From Okamejei kenojei (Eukaryota), in contig CM069165.1 in the NCBI GenBank assembly GCA_035221665.1, positions 17,050,001 to 17,114,000 on the forward strand: 64,000 nucleotides of DNA, in the 5' to 3' direction. Shown here piece after piece: positions 48,879-61,317 of the stretch (positions are counted from its first letter, which is position 1; every line of letters begins with the position of its first letter). Position numbers and translations under genes: made by a program. The notes under the pieces were generated by a model. It was not told the DNA's origin. It ran no database searches and saw only the letters and a program-made list of their open reading frames with translations.

Positions 48879-50210
48879 GTAGAGCTCCTGCCTCACAGCC
48901 ACTAAGACTCGAGTTCAATCCTGGCCTCAGGTGCCGCATGTGTGGAGTTGCACAATCATCCTGTGACAGTGTGGGTTTCCTCCGAGTGCTCCAATTTCCT
49001 CCCACATCCCCAAGACGTGGGTTTGTAGGCTAAAGGGCCTGTCCCACTTGGCTGTCATTTGCGCGCCATTTACGCGACCTCGTCGTCACGTTGAGACGCA
49101 CGGGTAGCATGTGGGACAGTCGCATGGAGAAGCACGGATGGGTATGGAGTTGCGCGTGGTATCGCACGCCGCTCCGGGATTTTGTAGCGCACAAAATCTT
49201 CGCGTTCCTCCAGCGTGACGTATCGCATACATATTGCGATCGCACGTTGTTGTCCTGACCTTGTACGTGCAGTATGTACTATCACAAATCAACTATCACA
49301 CATATTTTGATTGTACATGCTTTTGATGGTGGAATGTAGGTGCATTTTGCGATGGAGTTTGAAATCAGATAGTCCCCAGAGAATGTAGGTGACATATTGC
49401 GGTAGGCAGATCTGCCACGTTTGATGCTGATGATGATTCATTAAAAATTGCGAATATTCTGACACTTGACACTTTTATAGAGTTTAAAACATTTTGTTCA
49501 ATGGGCAACTGCACCGATAATTGAGTTTGCGGCGCAAGGTTCAATGTTAATGCAAGGTCAGGGAGTCAAAGAACAATATTCTGTATTTTGCTTATACGCT
49601 GAGTCGGCTCTGATTATTTTACATGTTTATTTATTTTTTGTTCCAGTTTCACTCACAACATGTCATGTTCTTGTCATTCTGAACCCCTATCCCACATCCC
49701 CAAGGGAACGTGCAAAAGTCACTTAATTAATAGGTGTTTCACCATTTCCTCAGTGCGGGGTACCATCCGCAATACAACGATTGGAACCAGTATCATTTGT
49801 ACTAAGCACGGAGCAAAAATGTATATTCTGTAGGGGTGGGGGGGGGGGGGGGGGGAGGTAAGGGGAGGGGAGGATGAAAACATAACCCAAAGTGACCAAT
49901 TTTCTGAATTACACCATAATTCAAAAGTAAATACAGTATTATGCACTAAACAACTTTCCAACATATTGAAATGACGTCGTGCACTCTAGACGGCTGTGCT
50001 GAGGCATGAAGACGCACATGACAGTCGCGCGTCAGTCACTACCGGCCTGTCGCGTAAATGACGGCCAAGTGGGACAGACCCTTAAATGACCTCTGCAAAT
50101 TTACCCTTGAGTGTAGGGAGTGGATGAGAATCTGGGATAGCATAGAACTAGTGTGACCAGGTGATCGACAGTCAGTATGGACTCAGTGGGTTAAACAGCC
50201 TGTTTCTTTC
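48879..50210 (+). mobile_element. HE1-like SINE split by a Harbinger element
   Basis: 5' half with B box gagttcaatcc ends gtttgtaggc-taa; the 3' half resumes taa-atgacctctgcaaatt at 50083. Confidence 0.8.
49034..50082. mobile_element. ~1.05-kb non-autonomous PIF/Harbinger-type element
   Basis: TIR agggcctgtcccacttggc / gccaagtgggacagaccct; TAA TSD at 49031-49033 and 50083-50085. Confidence 0.88.
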
Positions 50211-50606
50211 AAATGAACACTTTCTTTCCTGTAACCTTTCTTTCCTGTAACTTCTGGGCTGTAACCTCTCGGAATTATAAATTATGAGGAACAGACCACA
50301 GAATATAGCTGAAGTCGCAATCTTGTTGAACAGGGAAATAAACTCAAGGTGCAAGATAGCCAACTCCTTTTTCCAATTATGATTCACTACCCAAAAAAGC
50401 AGTGGCTTTTTTTCCTTTCGAACAAAATGGTATTTCCATACTCCTTGATCATCACATTTAATGTTCTCATTTCTAAGTACTGCAGACTGCAATATTTGTG
50501 AAATAATTTCATTGCAATCTGATTTGTTGCATTGTTGAAGCAGATTTGCATGTACCAGTGCACGGCCCTTCCTCTCCTGATATCTTGTTGATGTGCTTCA
50601 CTGCAG

Positions 50607-50782
50607 GGCGTTACGACATTGTGAGCAGTTGATCACACGGTATAATCGGGAAGACAGCAAGATCTGCCTCGCAAACAGCAATTCTCTTCCTGGGTACAAT
50701 GCCTCATGTTATATTGGCAAAGCAGTAGAGGACTGCATGAGAGCCATCTTTGGTGTTCTGCTAAACTTGACCAATGACAATG
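50607..50782 (+). CDS. WAPL: WAPL coding exon, phase 2-1
   Basis: ctgcag|G GCG...AAT G|gtaagt; (R)[22 protein letters not shown]...[23 protein letters not shown]. Confidence 0.96.
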
Positions 50783-52499
50783 GTAAGTTTCGTCGGAACA
50801 ATGCCTGTTCCCTGCCATCTGCGTTAAAGCGTTAAGTTAATAGTGCATAAAATATTATGGTTTGAGACCAAATGTGTCTTTCGTAGTGGATTGTAGGAAA
50901 CTGCTGTGGTGCATTATTAAGCCCGAAAAACCACAAATTGTTGCACGTACTTCTAAATTCCTCCAAGTTCAACAAATTACTCATTACTGGCCCTTTGCTT
51001 CACTCTTTAAATTGAAAGCGCATTGCCTGAAATTCGACCTAGCTTCCCAACAATTAATGATCAAAGAATTTGTATGCTCAGTACCTCGGCATGTCTGCCA
51101 TATTCGGTGTAGCTCTATAAATATCCCTTTACAATAATTGCAGCAGCTGCCAACACCAGAACTGAGCCACCCTGTTGTTGTTCTGTTCATTTCAACATGG
51201 TGCTACCTGTTACCGGCCCATAAAGTTAATAGAGCAGGTTCCTGATAGTGGAGTCCTACCGAAACAATCTGGTAGCATTTAACAATGTGCTTTCAATAAA
51301 ACCACTTCCTCTTATTTACAAATTTCAAGTTACTCATTAGGGAAGGTTACGTTTTCAGTCAGTGACCAGTTGCACTGCTCTCCCATAAATTGTGATGGTG
51401 GGAAATGTATCCAGACTTTATCTCTAAAGAGTACTGTTACTTTGAGAGACACATTTCCAGCTTAATTGTGTTTGTGGGCAATTATTCTGCTGCTTCCCTC
51501 CATCTGTGATGTTCAATTAGATTTTACGCACAGCTAACAAAAGGCAAGCATGACTTAAAATTGAGAAAAATCAACGTGCCGATTCTGGAATGCAAAACAA
51601 AAACGGAAATGAAGACAAACAGCATCCGTAGAAAGAGAAACTAGTTAATGTCTCAGTTCGAAGATCCTTCATCAGAACTTAAGGTTCCCCATTAAGTTCA
51701 ATAAGTATGTTCAGTTCCAGGATTTTATAACATTGCTTTTATCTGATAGCTAATTTTGAGGGAACTTAAAATCTCCATTCTTAATTGATTAAAATCTCCA
51801 TTCTTAATAATTAATTAAAAGTATTCTGGTGAAGGTCTTGGACCTTAAACATTAGCTCTGCTTCTCTTTCCACAGGTGCTGCCTGATCTACTGAGTGTTT
51901 CCAATGCGTTTTATTTCAGATTTGCAGCACCTGCAGTTTGTTTTTTGTGTTTGCATCTATTGTTAGCTTGTTATCTGCAGCTGTTTGTCTCTCCTTTTCA
52001 CTGGGCTGCAAAGTACGGTGAAATAATTCTTTACTGCATTGAGCCATGCATTGGAAGCACCAGAGTTCCGCAACCTTCAAATACCGCCCGGCCACTGTGT
52101 CAGGCACCTGTTCCATCTGTGGAAGTACCTGTGGTTCCTGCATTGTCCTTCTTAGTCACCTCAGTCCCACAAAGCAAGAGTAGAAACAAGTTATCCTTGA
52201 ATCCAAAGAAGAGGTGTTCAACACCAATGCAGGCCTGTTTCTCCATAAGGGTCACGTGGTAGTCATTCCTACAGTCATGTATTAAATATCTGCCATGGGA
52301 TTGGTGAGGGTGAGTTAAGATATATTTATGGCTTATTTTGGTATGCCCGCCAGAGTCTTGCAGTGAAGAGCAATTGCTTCTTTCAATGCTTCTCAACTGG
52401 GCCATTTAATACAAAGGAACCCCCATGTATCAGCAGAGAAAGGAGAGCTTTCTGTTGTTGGTGGGATTGAATGTACCCAGGGTTTGTGTTGACTGGTAT

Positions 52500-53040
52500 G
52501 CAATACGATAGAACTTCAGTTATTCCAGGAGGGAAATTGATTTGCCAACAGTCATAAAAACACAAAATACATGAAATTAAAGTGTCGAGTGGAAAGGATT
52601 GGGGGGAGGGAAGTCAGTCTCAGACAATCCCACGACAGAAGGGGGAAGAGTTGAACAGTTTGATAGCCACAGGGAAGAAGGATCTCCTGCGGTGTTCTGC
52701 TCTGCATCTTGGTAGAACCAGTCTATTGTTGAAGATGATCCTCAGATTAACCAGTGTGTCGGTGGTGGGCATATTGTCCAGGAAGCTCTGCAGTTTGAGG
52801 AGCGTCCTCCCCTCAAAGACCTCCTCCCATGAATCCAACTCCGCTCCCAGGAAGGAGCCAGCCTTCCTGGTGAGTTTGTTAATCCTATAGGCATCTGTGG
52901 CCTTTGCCCTGCTGCCCCAACACACAACAGAAGAAGAAGATGCCACTGGCTGCTACCATTTGACAGAACATCCGCAGCATCTTACTGCAGATGCTGAAGG
53001 AGCGTAGCCTTCTCAAAAAGTGCAGCTGGCTCTGTCTGTT
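52500..53040 (-). mobile_element. Rex1/Babar-like LINE 3' fragment
   Basis: ORF 52620-52946 RINKLTRKAGS...KLQSFLDN...NRLVLPRCRAEHRRRSFFPVAIKLFN. Confidence 0.85.
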
Positions 53041-53099
53041 AGCATTCTGCCAAGTATAAATCTGCGAGTATTACTATTTTGAGCTGAAGATATGAACAG

Positions 53100-53538
53100 A
53101 GACCGGATAGACTCGGCTTGTACTCGCTAGAATTTAGAAGATTGAGGTGGGATCTTATAGAAACTTACAAAATTCTTAAGGGCTTGGACAGGCTAGATGC
53201 AGTAAGATTGTTCCCGATATTAGCGAAGTCCAGGACAAGGGGTCACAGTTTAAGGATAAGGGGGAAATCTTTTAGGACCGAGATGAGAAAATCATTTTTC
53301 ACACAGAAAGTGGTGAATTTGTGGAATTCTCTGCCACAGAAGGTAGTTGAGGCCAGTTCATTGGCTATATTTAAGAGGGAGTTAGATGTGGCCCTTGTGG
53401 CTAAAGGAATCAGGGTGTATGGAGAGAAGGCAGGTACGGGATACTGAGTTGGATGATCAGTCATGATCATATTGAATGGCTGTGCATGCTCGAAGGGCCG
53501 AATGTCCTACTCCTGCACCTACTTTCCATGTTTCTATG
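53100..53538 (+). mobile_element. CR1 LINE 3' fragment, same young subfamily as 551-1380
   Basis: ORF 53118-53447 is nearly identical to the C-terminus of ORF 655-1503. Confidence 0.93.
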
Positions 53539-53935
53539 AGCTGTCACGAAACAAACTGTAGTTCAACTCTCCCTTTTAAATCAAGAGTTGCGAGAGCATT
53601 CGGTGAGGTTAACTGTTGGATGCAATATTGCAATGTTTGAGGTTGGTGCAATGTTCGAGGTTCAGCAGTTACAGTGAAACTAAATTATACACTGAAAATT
53701 CACAGAACATTTCAGAGCAGTGAGCAGAAAGAACTTACTTGGGATACCTGAAGTCACAGATCAGACAGGGAAGGGACAGGAAACTTTCTCCACCAACAGC
53801 CATCAGTGAATCAGATCGCCTTTTTACCAGAATCTGGTAGCTTCATGATTAGAATTAGTGGCCCCGAAATTGGTTTAAAAGTTTCAAATTTATTTAATTA
53901 CTTATATTTAAAATCCCGACCGCCATGTTAAATGA

Positions 53936-54143
53936 ATGCCCCTGTCCCACGTAAGAAACCTGAATGGAAACCTCTGGAGACTTTGCGCCCCACCCAAGGT
54001 TTCCGTGCGGTTCCCGGAGGTTTTTGTCAGTCTCCCTAATGGTCGAAACTGACAAAAACCTCCGGGAACCACACGGAAACCTTGGGTGGGGCACAGAGTC
54101 TCCAGAGATTTCCGTTCTGATTTCCTAAGTGAGACAGGGGCAT
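53936..54143. mobile_element. Fully palindromic Harbinger-type MITE
   Basis: atgcccctgtcccac...ctgacaaaaacctccgggaacc...gtgagacaggggcat; ~95-bp arms with a short spacer; tga/taa flanks. Confidence 0.88.
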
Positions 54144-54189
54144 TAAAGTCATCACTGCCTGTCTGGATCAGTGCTCAGGAGGATAGAGG

Positions 54190-54217
54190 CTGAAGAAGGG
54201 TCTCGACCCGAAACGTC
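54190..54217 (+). ncRNA. Minimal Penelope-type hammerhead ribozyme core
   Basis: ctgaagaagggtctcgacccgaaacgtc, identical to 41981, in a pLTR fragment at 54190-54320. Confidence 0.65.
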
Positions 54218-54487
54218 ACCCATTCCTTCTCTACAGGGATGCTGCCTGTCCCGCTGATTTACTCCAGCATTTTGTGTCTATCTTTGGTTTAAACCAGCAT
54301 TGCAGTTCCTTCCTACACACTCAATGCTCAGGAGGTCTTGCTTCTGGCCAATAACCTACCCCCTACATTTCTGTGGGTATCCAACGATGTGTCGCTTATT
54401 ATTGACGCCATTTATTTGGGAAGTAAACTTATTGCTCATTTTTCAGTTTGTTCAACTATTCATGATATTGTTCCTTTGCCTTTTTAG

Positions 54488-54603
54488 AGTGGGGCAGCAC
54501 CAAGACTGGTGAGCAAGACAACCTCATCAGCACAACCATGAATTGTGTGCTTCAGGTGCCGCAATACATACCTCAGGAACAGAGATTTGATATTCGAGTA
54601 CTG
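54488..54603 (+). CDS. WAPL: WAPL coding exon, phase 1-0
   Basis: ttttag|AG TGG...CTG|gtaaga; (E)[38 protein letters not shown]. Confidence 0.97.
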
Positions 54604-56353
54604 GTAAGAAAATGACATTATTTCCAGCCCAGCTTCTCTCCTCTCCTAACATGATAAATAGAATTGTATTTACCAGCTAAGCTCATTCCTCAATGCCTCT
54701 TTCAATGTGAATATAATCAACTTCTTTGAACCGGATAATCTGTTGCCTCTGTGGCATAAACTTGCTCCGTGTAATGACCAGCAGTACCAGTGCTTTGCGT
54801 TGATCTCTAAGGAACATAACATGGCAAATCGGACACCTGATAGTGATTTAGTCAGTTGAGGTATTGTGTTGATTGTGCAACCACAGCACATTAGATAACG
54901 TGAAGATGGGACTGAGGAAGGGTCTCGACCCGAATCGTTCCCCCTGTCCTTCTCTCCGGAAATGCTGCCTGTCCCGCTGAGTTACTGCAGCTTTTTTTGT
55001 CTCTTCGGTACTGATTCTGGATGATCAGCCATGATCATATTAAATGGTGGTGCTGGCTCAAAGGGCCGAATGGCCTACTGAACCTATTTTCTACGTTTCT
55101 TTATGGTAGGCAAGTTAACTATTATTCAGCAACCCACTGCACCCTTTAACATGAGAATCACTGATTTTTCTGGCATGCTTTCTGCTCATCATCTTCACTG
55201 AGCCAGCCTAGTGATAAAGGTGCACAGTGGTATAATTCAGCTAAGGCCACGGTGTGTGACTAATGTGTAGTTAGTTGGTGTCTATTAAGAATTACAACCA
55301 AGATTTGTTTGTTTAGCCTGGTGATGTATATCCTTTCAATAATGCCCAATTTAAATGTGTGAACAAAAGATCTCCAGCCAATATAAGTTAAAGACTCCAA
55401 GCCCTAACTATTAAGAACACATTTTTAATAGTTGGTAAGTTGATGCACTCCAAGGGATGGTTCTCTCCCGGCTCTTGAATTGAAACCCAAAGGGAGGAAT
55501 TGAGATCACCAAAGACCTACAGTGAAGAGGAATGTTGTCGTTTTCAGATGTTGTCTTTGTCAGATCTCATGCTTATGTGCCATTTCTTATTGAACACATA
55601 TCTTTGACCTCAATGATTCTATCATTGACTCCTACCTTCAACTTGCAGGATAGAATCATCAGGTAGGGTCCCAAACAGCCTGTATTGTGCTCGCTCATTA
55701 GACCCAAACAGTGCTTACTGATCAAGCAGACTGTCAGTATGGAAGTCTCTAATGTGCAGTGAAGGATTCCAAGAATGCTGCAAATGCTTCTGCTGTGATG
55801 GCAAAGTGACTAATGCAAGATATTAACACAAAACCAAACTATAAACTACCTAATAAGGCAAAAAAAGCAAGTATTAGAAGTCCACAGGTTAGGCCAGAGC
55901 AGAGGAGAAGAAAAAAACACGTTTTCAGTTGATGATCTGGCATCAATTCTAATAAAGGGCAACGGGCCTAAAATTTCAATGAATTTCCTCTCCACACGTT
56001 TGTGACCTCGCCTATTGTATGTCACTATTTTCTGTTTTTACTGATTGCGGTGATGTCCTGATACCCGCTTGCTACTTAAAACTTTAGTGAGGGTGAGAGA
56101 CCAAAAGATGGGGTCCATGTGGATCTGGAATTGCAAAAGTAAGATCAAGTTCATTGTCTGGTCAAGACAGTTGACCATAGAGGAGGATGGAACGGTAAAA
56201 GCTACACAATACATTCAGCTTGAGATTAGAAAGGTAAAGTCAGACGGGCGAGTGAAATAAAGCAAGATAAAATTAGGATGTGGACCATTATACCAAAGCA
56301 AAATGCTGCCTGTGATGAAAATCTAAAATTAAAAAACTGAAAATGCTATGTGA

Positions 56354-56569
56354 AGGGCCTGTCCCACTTTCACGACCTCTGCCGAGTTTGCCCTTGACTC
56401 ATACTCGCAGCATGGTCGTCACGAGGTCGTAGGTAGGTCGTAGCAGGCTGTGATGCTAGTCGTAGGTACTCGTGGCATCAAGTAGGTCGGGGCGCTTTTT
56501 CTAGCCTGATGAAAAATGTTCGCAAGTTAAAAAGGCCGTGAATTAGGTCGTGAAAGTGGGACAGGCCCT
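56354..56569. mobile_element. PIF/Harbinger-type MITE
   Basis: 25-bp perfect TIR agggcctgtcccactttcacgacct; tga/taa flanks. Confidence 0.9.
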
Positions 56570-57759
56570 TAAAGATGCAAAGTTTAAGATAGGAAAAAAC
56601 TGTTTTATTTCATATCCAGCATTTACAATATTTTGCTTTTGTGTAATAAAAACAACCATTGGTACATAATTCAGTGCATTGCCTGAAATGGTCAAAAAAT
56701 GAATAACCAGGAGATTTTAGTATCTTGACTGAGCATCCGTCAGAGATAGAAAGACATGGCTAGGTGCAACCTGCAGACCAGGGGCAGCCTCCTGCTGCCT
56801 CAGTCTCTGACACCTTTTTTCTTGCACTTGATTTTCTTCTGATGTCACCTCGTTTCATAATTTTACCTTCCTTTATTTCACTAGTCCTTCTGACTTTATC
56901 TTTCTAATCCCGAGCAATCCGTTCCCCTTGCATCCTATCTCAATTAATTTCAAGATCAATATATTGTGCAGCCTTTCCCTCTTCATCTTCTTCTGTGGTC
57001 AAATGTACTGGGCCACATAGTGAACATGGTCTTACCTTTGCAATTCTGGATCTACCTGCATCCCTGAGGATTCCTTGGGGGTAGATCCTCAATGACTTTC
57101 ATGGATCTTGGTATCTTGGCTTTTATCATCTATGGAAGTGCTTGGCCAGCGCTAACACTGCTCTGTATGAGGCACTTAGACTCCTAGCCGGGTTAATATC
57201 TCATTTTAGTCGCAATGGGGCTGTTGCCCATTGCCACTCATTCTATCGCTGTGTTATCAGAATTATGCAGAGATAATTTTCCATGTTAAATGGAGCTGAT
57301 CTTGCCAGTAAATTGGATTTTTTGAAATAATTATCTTACAGTATCTGTGTGCTGTGAAATGAGTTTGGGTGTGTGGGAGGGGGAGTGGATGGAAAGAGAT
57401 GTCAGTTAACAGAAGGCCAGTGACTCAGTGGTGTTAGCTCGAGCTCAGGGAACAGCGTACTGAAGCATAAGCAGCACTGATTCATTCAGTCCCCACGCAG
57501 TGGGATGTTCATACCAGCCCAAGGGTGAAAACTGCCTCCACACTGTTAAAGGAAATAAACTACTTCAGGTCATCAGATAGGTTGCATTCTCTTCCTCCTG
57601 GACCTTGGCTTTTGTTCTCGAACTAGCAATAGATCTCAATTGTCATCTACATTGGGAAGAACATTTCTCAGATGATTTTTCCCAGCCACAAACACGATAC
57701 TAGTGGCTGATGGCTTTTGGGTTTAATATTTTATAGTCATAACTACTTTCCAGGCTCCA

Positions 57760-58242
57760 GTTCTAACACATGTACCATAGAAAGCATTATATCAGGATGC
57801 ATCATGGTTTGAGAACACTCCATTCAAGACTACATTTATATCTCACACTGCCAGGGCCAGCAGCATAATCAAGGACGAACCGCACCCTGGCCACTCCCTA
57901 TTCTCCCCTCTCCCATCAGGCAAAAGGTATAGAAGTGTGAAAATGCACACCTCCAAATTCAGGGACAGTTTCTTCCCAGCTGTTATCAGGCAACTGAACC
58001 ATGCTACCACAACCAGAGAGCAGTGCTGAACTACTACCTACCTCCTTGGTGACCCTCGGACTATCCTTGATCAGACCTTGCTGGCTTTATCTTGCACTAA
58101 TCGTTATTCCTGTATCATGCATCTATACACAGTAAATGGCTTGATTGTAATCGTGCATTGTCTTTCTGCTGACTGGGTAGCACGCAACAACAACAAAAGC
58201 TTTTCACTGTACCTCGGTACACATGACAATAAACTAAACTGT
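57760..58242 (+). mobile_element. Rex/L2-type LINE 3' fragment
   Basis: gccagcagcataatcaaggac...ttctcccctctcccatcaggcaaaaggtatagaag...gacagtttcttcccagctg; gacaataaactaaact tail. Confidence 0.8.
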
Positions 58243-58299
58243 AATCTTCCTTGCATGTTTGGAAATTTGAATTGTGCATCAGACTACACAGGACTAAAG

Positions 58300-58950
58300 A
58301 CAGTAGTGAAGAAATCAAACTCAATGCTAGCATTTATTTCAAGAGGGCGTGTGTACAAAAACAGGAATGTAATGCTGAGGCTCTAAGGTGCTGGTAAGGC
58401 CGCATTTGAAATACTGTGGGCAATTTGGGGTACCATATCTGAGGAAGGACAATCTGGAGAGAGTCCAGAGGAGGTTTGCAATAGTCCCAGGGATAAGTAT
58501 GTTAACCTATGATGAGTGTATGTCGGAACTGGGTCTGTACTCGCTGGAGTTTAGAAGGATGAGGGGGGAACCTCATTGGAACATACCGAATAGTGAAAGG
58601 CTCAGATAGAGTGGATGTGGAGAGGATGTTTCCACTAGTGGGAGAGTCTAGGACTAGCCTGGGAATTAAAGGACGTTCTTTTGGGAAGGAGATAAGGAGA
58701 ATGTCTTTTGTCAGAGGGTGGTGAATCTGTGGAATTTATTTGCCACAGAAGGCCGTGGATGCCAAGTCAGTGGATATTTTTAAGGCAGAGATAGATGTAT
58801 TCTTGATTAGTACAGGTGTCAGAGGTTATGGGGGGAGGCAGGAGAATGGGGTTAGGAAGGAGAGATAGATCAGCCATGATTGAATGGCGGAGTAGATTTG
58901 ATGGGCCAAATGGCCTAATTTTACTCCTATCACTTATGACCTTATGACTC
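58300..58950 (+). mobile_element. CR1 LINE 3' fragment
   Basis: MLAFISRG, LVRPHLKYC, LYSLEFRRMRG; (cttatga)n tail. Confidence 0.9.
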
Positions 58951-59701
58951 ATTAAAGCTTGGGGCGGTACAATGCTGGCAGTATTCTTCCACACCTATCT
59001 GTTCAATGAGTATTCGCTGCATTTACTGAAACTTAATATTGTGTCTTTTATATCGGATATGATTGAGACGTAAGATTATTGCTTCATTGCTGCTTCAAAA
59101 CTTTAAAATCTATACTGTGACCCAACAGCATAGCTTAGTGGTGTATCTGTCTCTCAACTCGAAGCTCCCCTTCACTGCTGTCTGTGCATGTTGTCTCTGT
59201 GATTGTCTGGGTTTCCGCAGGGTGCTTCGGCTCCCTTGCACGTCTCCGACACATGCTGCTTAGGTTAACAGCATTGTAAATTATCTCTGCTGAGGTTGCT
59301 GCTGTGGGAGAATCAGAGGGATGCTAATCAGTTTGTCACAGAGGTTTCAGGCTCAACTGGCCAAGTGAAAATATGAAAGGAATAAGAGGTGAAGAAAATG
59401 TAATTACATGAGCTGCCTTCTCAAGATAACTTGGTAACAAATGAAGCCAGGTCTTATGAGCAAAGTAATATTGTAGTTTTACAATGAAAGTATTTTGCAC
59501 CACATATTCTGGTACCTTGGCCTTTACTGGTTCACACACTGTTACTGCTGGCCAAAAAAAACAAAAAAATACTGCTGGAATATCTCAGCAGGTCAGGCAG
59601 CATCTGTGGAGGAAAATGGACAGATGAAGTATCAGGTTGTGATTTCAGGTTAGGATCCTTCATACTGTTAACTCAGAATGTCATGTGTTTGTGTTCTGCA
59701 G

Positions 59702-59863
59702 GGTCTAGGCCTGCTGATTAATCTGGTCGAGCACAGTGCTCGCAATAGGCACTGTCTTGTTGACATGGAAACGCCTTGCTCTTTTGATTCATTCTGTGCT
59801 GTGGATGGAAACGATAGCTTGCAGATGGAAGGACAGGTGGGAGCTATCGAGGCCTTGGTGCAG
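59702..59863 (+). CDS. WAPL: WAPL coding exon, phase 0-0
   Basis: ctgcag|GGT...CAG|gtgggt; [30 protein letters not shown]...GAIEALVQ. Confidence 0.96.
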
Positions 59864-61112
59864 GTGGGTGCCTGTTATATAAAGATTTCACTTAAGTATG
59901 CCATTTGATGAAGTGTAACCTAACTTTTTCCATATTACGCAAGTGTGGATATAAATAAGCCAGGATCACTTATCCTGATCAGGACATAAGACAATGAATA
60001 CTGTCCCAGTCAAGTCATTTGTCCTGCCTTTCCTGTACAGGAGAAATGTACCTGCTGCCATGATCTGCAGCCCTGTACTGTTTTCTCCAACTTATTTCCC
60101 ACTGACCAAAAGGTCTTGGTTACGAGGAGAAAAAGGAAAGAGGTTCACCTGGAGTATAAACAACAGCGCAGTATCGTTGATCCGAATTATCTAATTTAAA
60201 AGCTGTATTTTCTATATTATGCTCTTTTGGGTTATGCAAGTTGGTTTAGTTCATATCTGTACATGACCAACTTTCTAGATTTGCTATTTAAAAACGTGAA
60301 GGAAGTGTCGACATTTTGTTCACAGAAATCAGTAAGCTTGGATCTGCCTCAGCCCAGGATCTATGCTCCATATTTGCAGATTAATAAACCGTGAATTTTA
60401 TCTCATCCTGTAGTATAGGGTCTCAATTATGTTGCTTCTAAATGCTTCTTGTATTGAATCTCTTCAGTTAATATTATAGAGATGGTCTGGAGCACAATAG
60501 TCAGATTAATGCCAGTGACTATCTGACTATAGTTACTATACACTCTCGCTAGATTTACAACACATCAAGTGCTGCATCAGATACTTTTCTAATGCAGTGA
60601 GGTTTTTTTCTCAGCCACTCTTTCAGGCCTGTGGAGCCGCTCTGCAAACAGCTTTCCTGTCACCAAAATATCTTTCAGCCTCTGCTTCCTGCCATCTGAT
60701 GATGATTGCATTCAATCCCTTGAATCAGACTGTTCGGCGTAGCCTTGTAAAACGCCTTGTTAAAGTCCATGTTGACTGCTTTGTCCCCTGACTGATTATC
60801 CCCTCAAAAAATAACTATGTTGACTTTCCATAATTAAGGAATGGTGAGTATCTTTAGATTTCATTTTTAACTTGCTTTTTTAAATTGAATTGCAGCGTTT
60901 TGAAAACTGATAACTATTTGCTATTCCTTTGTGTCGGAACTCGAGCTGTTACATTGAAGTGCACCAAATTTTCCTAGGTTGTTATCTGCATCTGTGTGAT
61001 AAGTTGGCATGTTATACGCTCGTAATGAGCCACTGACTCATCTTTAATCAACTTTGGCTTCGTACATTTTGGTTGGTTGACAAAAGTTTGATGAATTATT
61101 TTGCTCTTGCAG

Positions 61113-61317
61113 TTGTTTCTGCAGCGGCAACGTGCTGCCCGACTGGCAGAGACGGAGACTGATGACTTCATCAAAGACACGCCAACACCACCTCAGGATC
61201 AGAGTGGCCAGTGGCAGGAGACTGCCGGGTCATTGGAATGGGTGCAGTCAGAAAATTGCACCAAGAATGATAATGAAAAGAAGGAGGAGGAGGATGAAGA
61301 GATCGACTTGAATAAAG
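61113..61317 (+). CDS. WAPL: WAPL coding exon, phase 0-1
   Basis: ttgcag|TTG...AAA G|gtatga; LFLQRQRAARLAETETDDFIKD...SGQWQET...EEEDEEIDLNK. Confidence 0.96.

Noticed and set aside
51768-51820. Short tandem duplication aaaatctccattcttaat (similar ones at 28441 and 50221)
   Set aside because: Ordinary slippage duplications.
59834-59842. In-frame alternative donor cag|gtggga
   Set aside because: Using it would delete the conserved A(I/V).ALVQ helix; the downstream donor matches the orthologue.
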